Shown: in pieces, positions 61,360 through 64,000 of the stretch
How positions within the stretch are numbered: the stretch's first letter is position 1
Layout of the letters: the number at the start of each line of letters is the position of its first letter
Program-made: the position numbers and the translations under genes
Assembly: GCA_965219955.1 (NCBI GenBank)
Contig: OZ244799.1
Location: 864,001 to 928,000 of the forward strand
Origin: a bacterium
Lineage (GTDB): Bacteria; UBA8248
Direction: 5' to 3'
Length of the DNA: 64,000 nt
The notes under the pieces: model-generated
The model's input: only the letters and a program-made list of their open reading frames with translations
Database searches by the model: none
What the model was told of the DNA's origin: nothing

Positions 61360-62676
61360 ATGTCGAAAAAATATCGTTTATCCGGGTGGATGATATGGGC
61401 CGGCGCCCTGGTGCTGCTCGTCGCGGGGATGTCGATGAGCCCCGTCGCGAATCTGGCGGCAAGCGAGACGAGCGCCTATTCGGAGCTGAGGGCCTTCAGC
61501 GAGGTCCTGAGCCTCGTTGAGGAGAACTACGTCAACAAGGTGGACGCCAAGAAACTGATTCGCGGCGCCATCCGGGGCATGCTTCGCACGCTCGACCCCC
61601 ATACGACCTATCTGAATCCCGAATTCTTCAAGGAGATGCAGGTCGAGACCACGGGCCGCTTCGGCGGCCTGGGCGTGGAGATTTCGATTCGCGACGGCGT
61701 GCTGACCGTGGTGACGCCCATCGAGGACACCCCGGCGTACAAGGCCGGCGTCCAGGCGGGCGATCAGATCATCCTCATCGAGGAGGAGCCGACGAAAGAC
61801 CTCCTGCTTCAGGAGATCGTCAAGAAGCTTCGGGGCAAGCCCGGCACGAAGGTGAAGATCACGGTGAGGCGCAAGGGGGAGAAGGAGCCGATCCCCTTCA
61901 CGATCACGCGCCGGATCATCCGCATCAAGAGCGTGAGAAGCCGGATGCTGGAAGACGATATCGCCTACATCCGGGTTCGCAGTTTCCAGAACGGCACGGG
62001 CCGCGAAGTGAAGGACGCCCTCTCCTCGCTCGAGGGTGAGGGCGCCAAAGCCCTCGTGCTCGATCTCAGGAACAATCCGGGCGGGCTCCTCTCCCAGGCG
62101 GTTTCGGTGTCCGACATATTCCTGAAGGCGGGCAGCCTGATCGTCTACACCAAGGGCCGCATGACCGACCAGGAACATCGCTTCACATCCACGCACGAAG
62201 CGCTTGGCGGCAAGATTCCCATGGCGGTCCTCGTCAACGCGGGAAGCGCCAGCGCGTCCGAGATCGTGGCGGGCGCGCTCCAGGATCTGGAAAGAGCCAA
62301 GCTCATCGGCGTCAAGACGTTCGGGAAGGGCTCGGTGCAGACCGTCGTTCCGCTCTCGGACGGTTCGGGGCTTAGGCTGACCACCGCGCTTTATTTCACC
62401 CCCAAGGGAAGGCGCATCCAGGGCAAGGGAATCGAGCCCGACATCGTCAGCGAGGTGGGCGCAAGTTCCGGCGGCGCGCGCATGATGCGCGAGAAGGACC
62501 TGCCCGGCCATCTGCCCGGCGAGGCGGAGAAAGAGGCGGAAAAAGAAGACAAGGGCGCCGGTGACGCCCAGGCCGGCCCGGCGAAAAGCCCCGATGAGGA
62601 AGAGAAAGACACCCAGCTCGAGCGCGCTGTGAAATACCTCAAGGATTCGTTCCTCGACAAGAAGATGGGGGCCTAG
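61360..62676 (+). CDS. ctpA: Carboxyl-terminal processing protease (S41A, PDZ)
   Basis: LDPH, GGLG PDZ, DLRNNPGG, SASASEI, TFGKGSVQ. Confidence 0.93.
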   Translation: MSKKYRLSGWMIWAGALVLLVAGMSMSPVANLAASETSAYSELRAFSEVLSLVEENYVNKVDAKKLIRGAIRGMLRTLDPHTTYLNPEFFKEMQVETTGRFGGLGVEISIRDGVLTVVTPIEDTPAYKAGVQAGDQIILIEEEPTKDLLLQEIVKKLRGKPGTKVKITVRRKGEKEPIPFTITRRIIRIKSVRSRMLEDDIAYIRVRSFQNGTGREVKDALSSLEGEGAKALVLDLRNNPGGLLSQAVSVSDIFLKAGSLIVYTKGRMTDQEHRFTSTHEALGGKIPMAVLVNAGSASASEIVAGALQDLERAKLIGVKTFGKGSVQTVVPLSDGSGLRLTTALYFTPKGRRIQGKGIEPDIVSEVGASSGGARMMREKDLPGHLPGEAEKEAEKEDKGAGDAQAGPAKSPDEEEKDTQLERAVKYLKDSFLDKKMGA

Positions 62677-62750
62677 GCCGAGGGAAACGAACGCGGGCTG
62701 GTATGAACCCTTGGCAGGGGGTGAACATCCTGCCAACCGTGTTTTGCACC

Positions 62751-63430
62751 GTAGCGGACAGGCCCCTGTGCCTGTTCGAGGCCCCCGTGCCTGTCCTGAC
62801 GATTTTTCCGGTAGGGGCGGACCCATGTGTCCGCCCTTATGCGTTCGGCCTCGTCGAATGTTCGATGAATTCGTAGCCGGACAGGCCCTCGTGCCTGTCC
62901 GAGGTTGCGACCTGTCCTTACGAGGCAGTGCGCTTTTGTTCGCCATTCCGGCAATCCCTCCCGCCTTGTTTGCCACTCCGCCTCGGTTTGAAAATCACTC
63001 CCCCCTTGAGGGGGAGTCGAAGAGGCCGAGCGTTTTTTGCGAAGGCCGATTCGGTGGGGGGAGGTTTACTCTGTGGCATGTCCCCCCACCGAATCGCTTG
63101 CGGGCTTACGCCCTTAGCTCTTCGTCGGCCTTCCCGAGGAGGAAAGGCCGACCCTCAAGGGGGGAGTGATTGTTGGGCGCTCTACAAGGGAGGAAAGCGG
63201 TTTTGGTTCGTCATTCCGGCGAAAGCCGGAATCCATTTGTTTTGCCTTTGTTTTTTATTTCCTGATTGATTCTTGACAATGACGGAGAGATGAAAAGCCA
63301 GTGTATCGTCATTCTGCATTAGAATGGATTCCGGCTTTCGCCGGAATGACGAACCAGGGTGAGAACCACATCTATCCGTAATGACAGCCCCTCCCCGGGG
63401 CTGTCCCACAGGTCGCGGCCTGTCCCTGCT
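62751..63430. repeat. Repeat mosaic: GTAG REPs, CACTCCCCCC doublet (62993-63170), GTCATTCCGG doublet (63209-63351)
   Basis: Homologous to the clusters at 32.05-32.21 kb and 23.48-23.62 kb. Confidence 0.85.
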
Positions 63431-63439
63431 GGTTCAAGC

Positions 63440-63563
63440 GGGGAGAGGGGTTTTCCCGAGGAAGAGCGTGAGGCCGATGCAGGCGCGTAGCAACGCCGCG
63501 CTTTGCGGTATCGCACATGCCATCGGCCCCGCCGTCTTCCACCACGATTTCTTTGTACTCCAC
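63440..63563 (-). pseudogene. Possible relic of an enoyl-CoA hydratase N-terminus
   Basis: MEYKEIVVE...GVAT-LHRP resembles a crotonase start, then runs into repeats. Confidence 0.25.
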
Positions 63564-64000
63564 GTGGAAGCTACTTGAGTCCGCGTGAACCGGATCGCCC
63601 GACGCTGTTCACGTTTAATTTCCTGAAAATCCACTGGACACGGCAAGAATTTCAAAATCCCCCCAATATTAGGGGGGCGGTGAATCGTAAGATTTTCTAT
63701 ACTTTTATGTATTGTTATTTCATCTGAACACTCTGGACTGGAATGGATAGATACCCCTGCACCGGTCGGCTTGGCGGAGTGGAACACCGGAGATTCGGGA
63801 TGCGATCCCGGAAGTGTTCAAATGACTCCGGGCCGGGTATACGGCTCTGGCGCAGCAACCACCATTGTCTTGTCCCGGCAGCCCGCGCATCACGCCGCCA
63901 ACGTCATCCGGTAGTGGTTGGAACAGTTCGATTTACCCGCAACGATGCCAGTGTCCATGACTACGAGGGGTCATATGGGCAACCAAAGAGGGCTCTCGCC

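Noticed and set aside
63555-63572. TCCACGTGGA palindrome as parS (also TCACGTGA in eno near 53485)
   Set aside because: Only the central 8-10 bp match; flanks deviate from the consensus
63743-64000. Open + strand frame running off the window end
   Set aside because: No recognisable motif or clear SD; cannot be judged without downstream sequence

Overview
64 kb of a high-GC bacterial chromosome. I found no rRNA, tRNA, CRISPR-Cas or transposase gene. The left ~38 kb is mostly accessory catabolic genes: an AtzA/TriA-like amidohydrolase next to an AtzD/barbiturase-family enzyme, a 2-oxoacid dehydrogenase E1a/E1b/E2 set, pepA, leuA, a MmgE/PrpD protein, a multicopper oxidase, a triple-Rid protein, an M20 hydrolase and an SsuABC-type ABC transporter. 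Many intergenic spaces there hold mosaics of at least five palindromic REP-like families. These are often packaged between GGGYTGTTGAAAAA inverted repeats, and three such units show target-site duplications. From ~38.7 to ~62.7 kb lies a block rich in core genes (mnmA, HIT, rplU-rpmA-obgE-proB-nadD-rsfS-dksA-like, rpiB, nrdR, eno, tkt, ctpA). It lacks those repeats and shows a smooth GC trough. It is bracketed by related, inverted 10-bp-periodic motif arrays, with a parS-like palindrome at the right edge. Other unexplained non-coding items are a stand-alone ~215-nt transcription unit (three UGAAA-loop hairpins plus a 31-codon basic sORF) at 7.8-8.0 kb, a degenerate 47-bp tandem array at 38.1-38.35 kb, and a DnaA-box cluster at 18.6-18.8 kb. 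All family calls are from motif recognition by eye; no searches were run.
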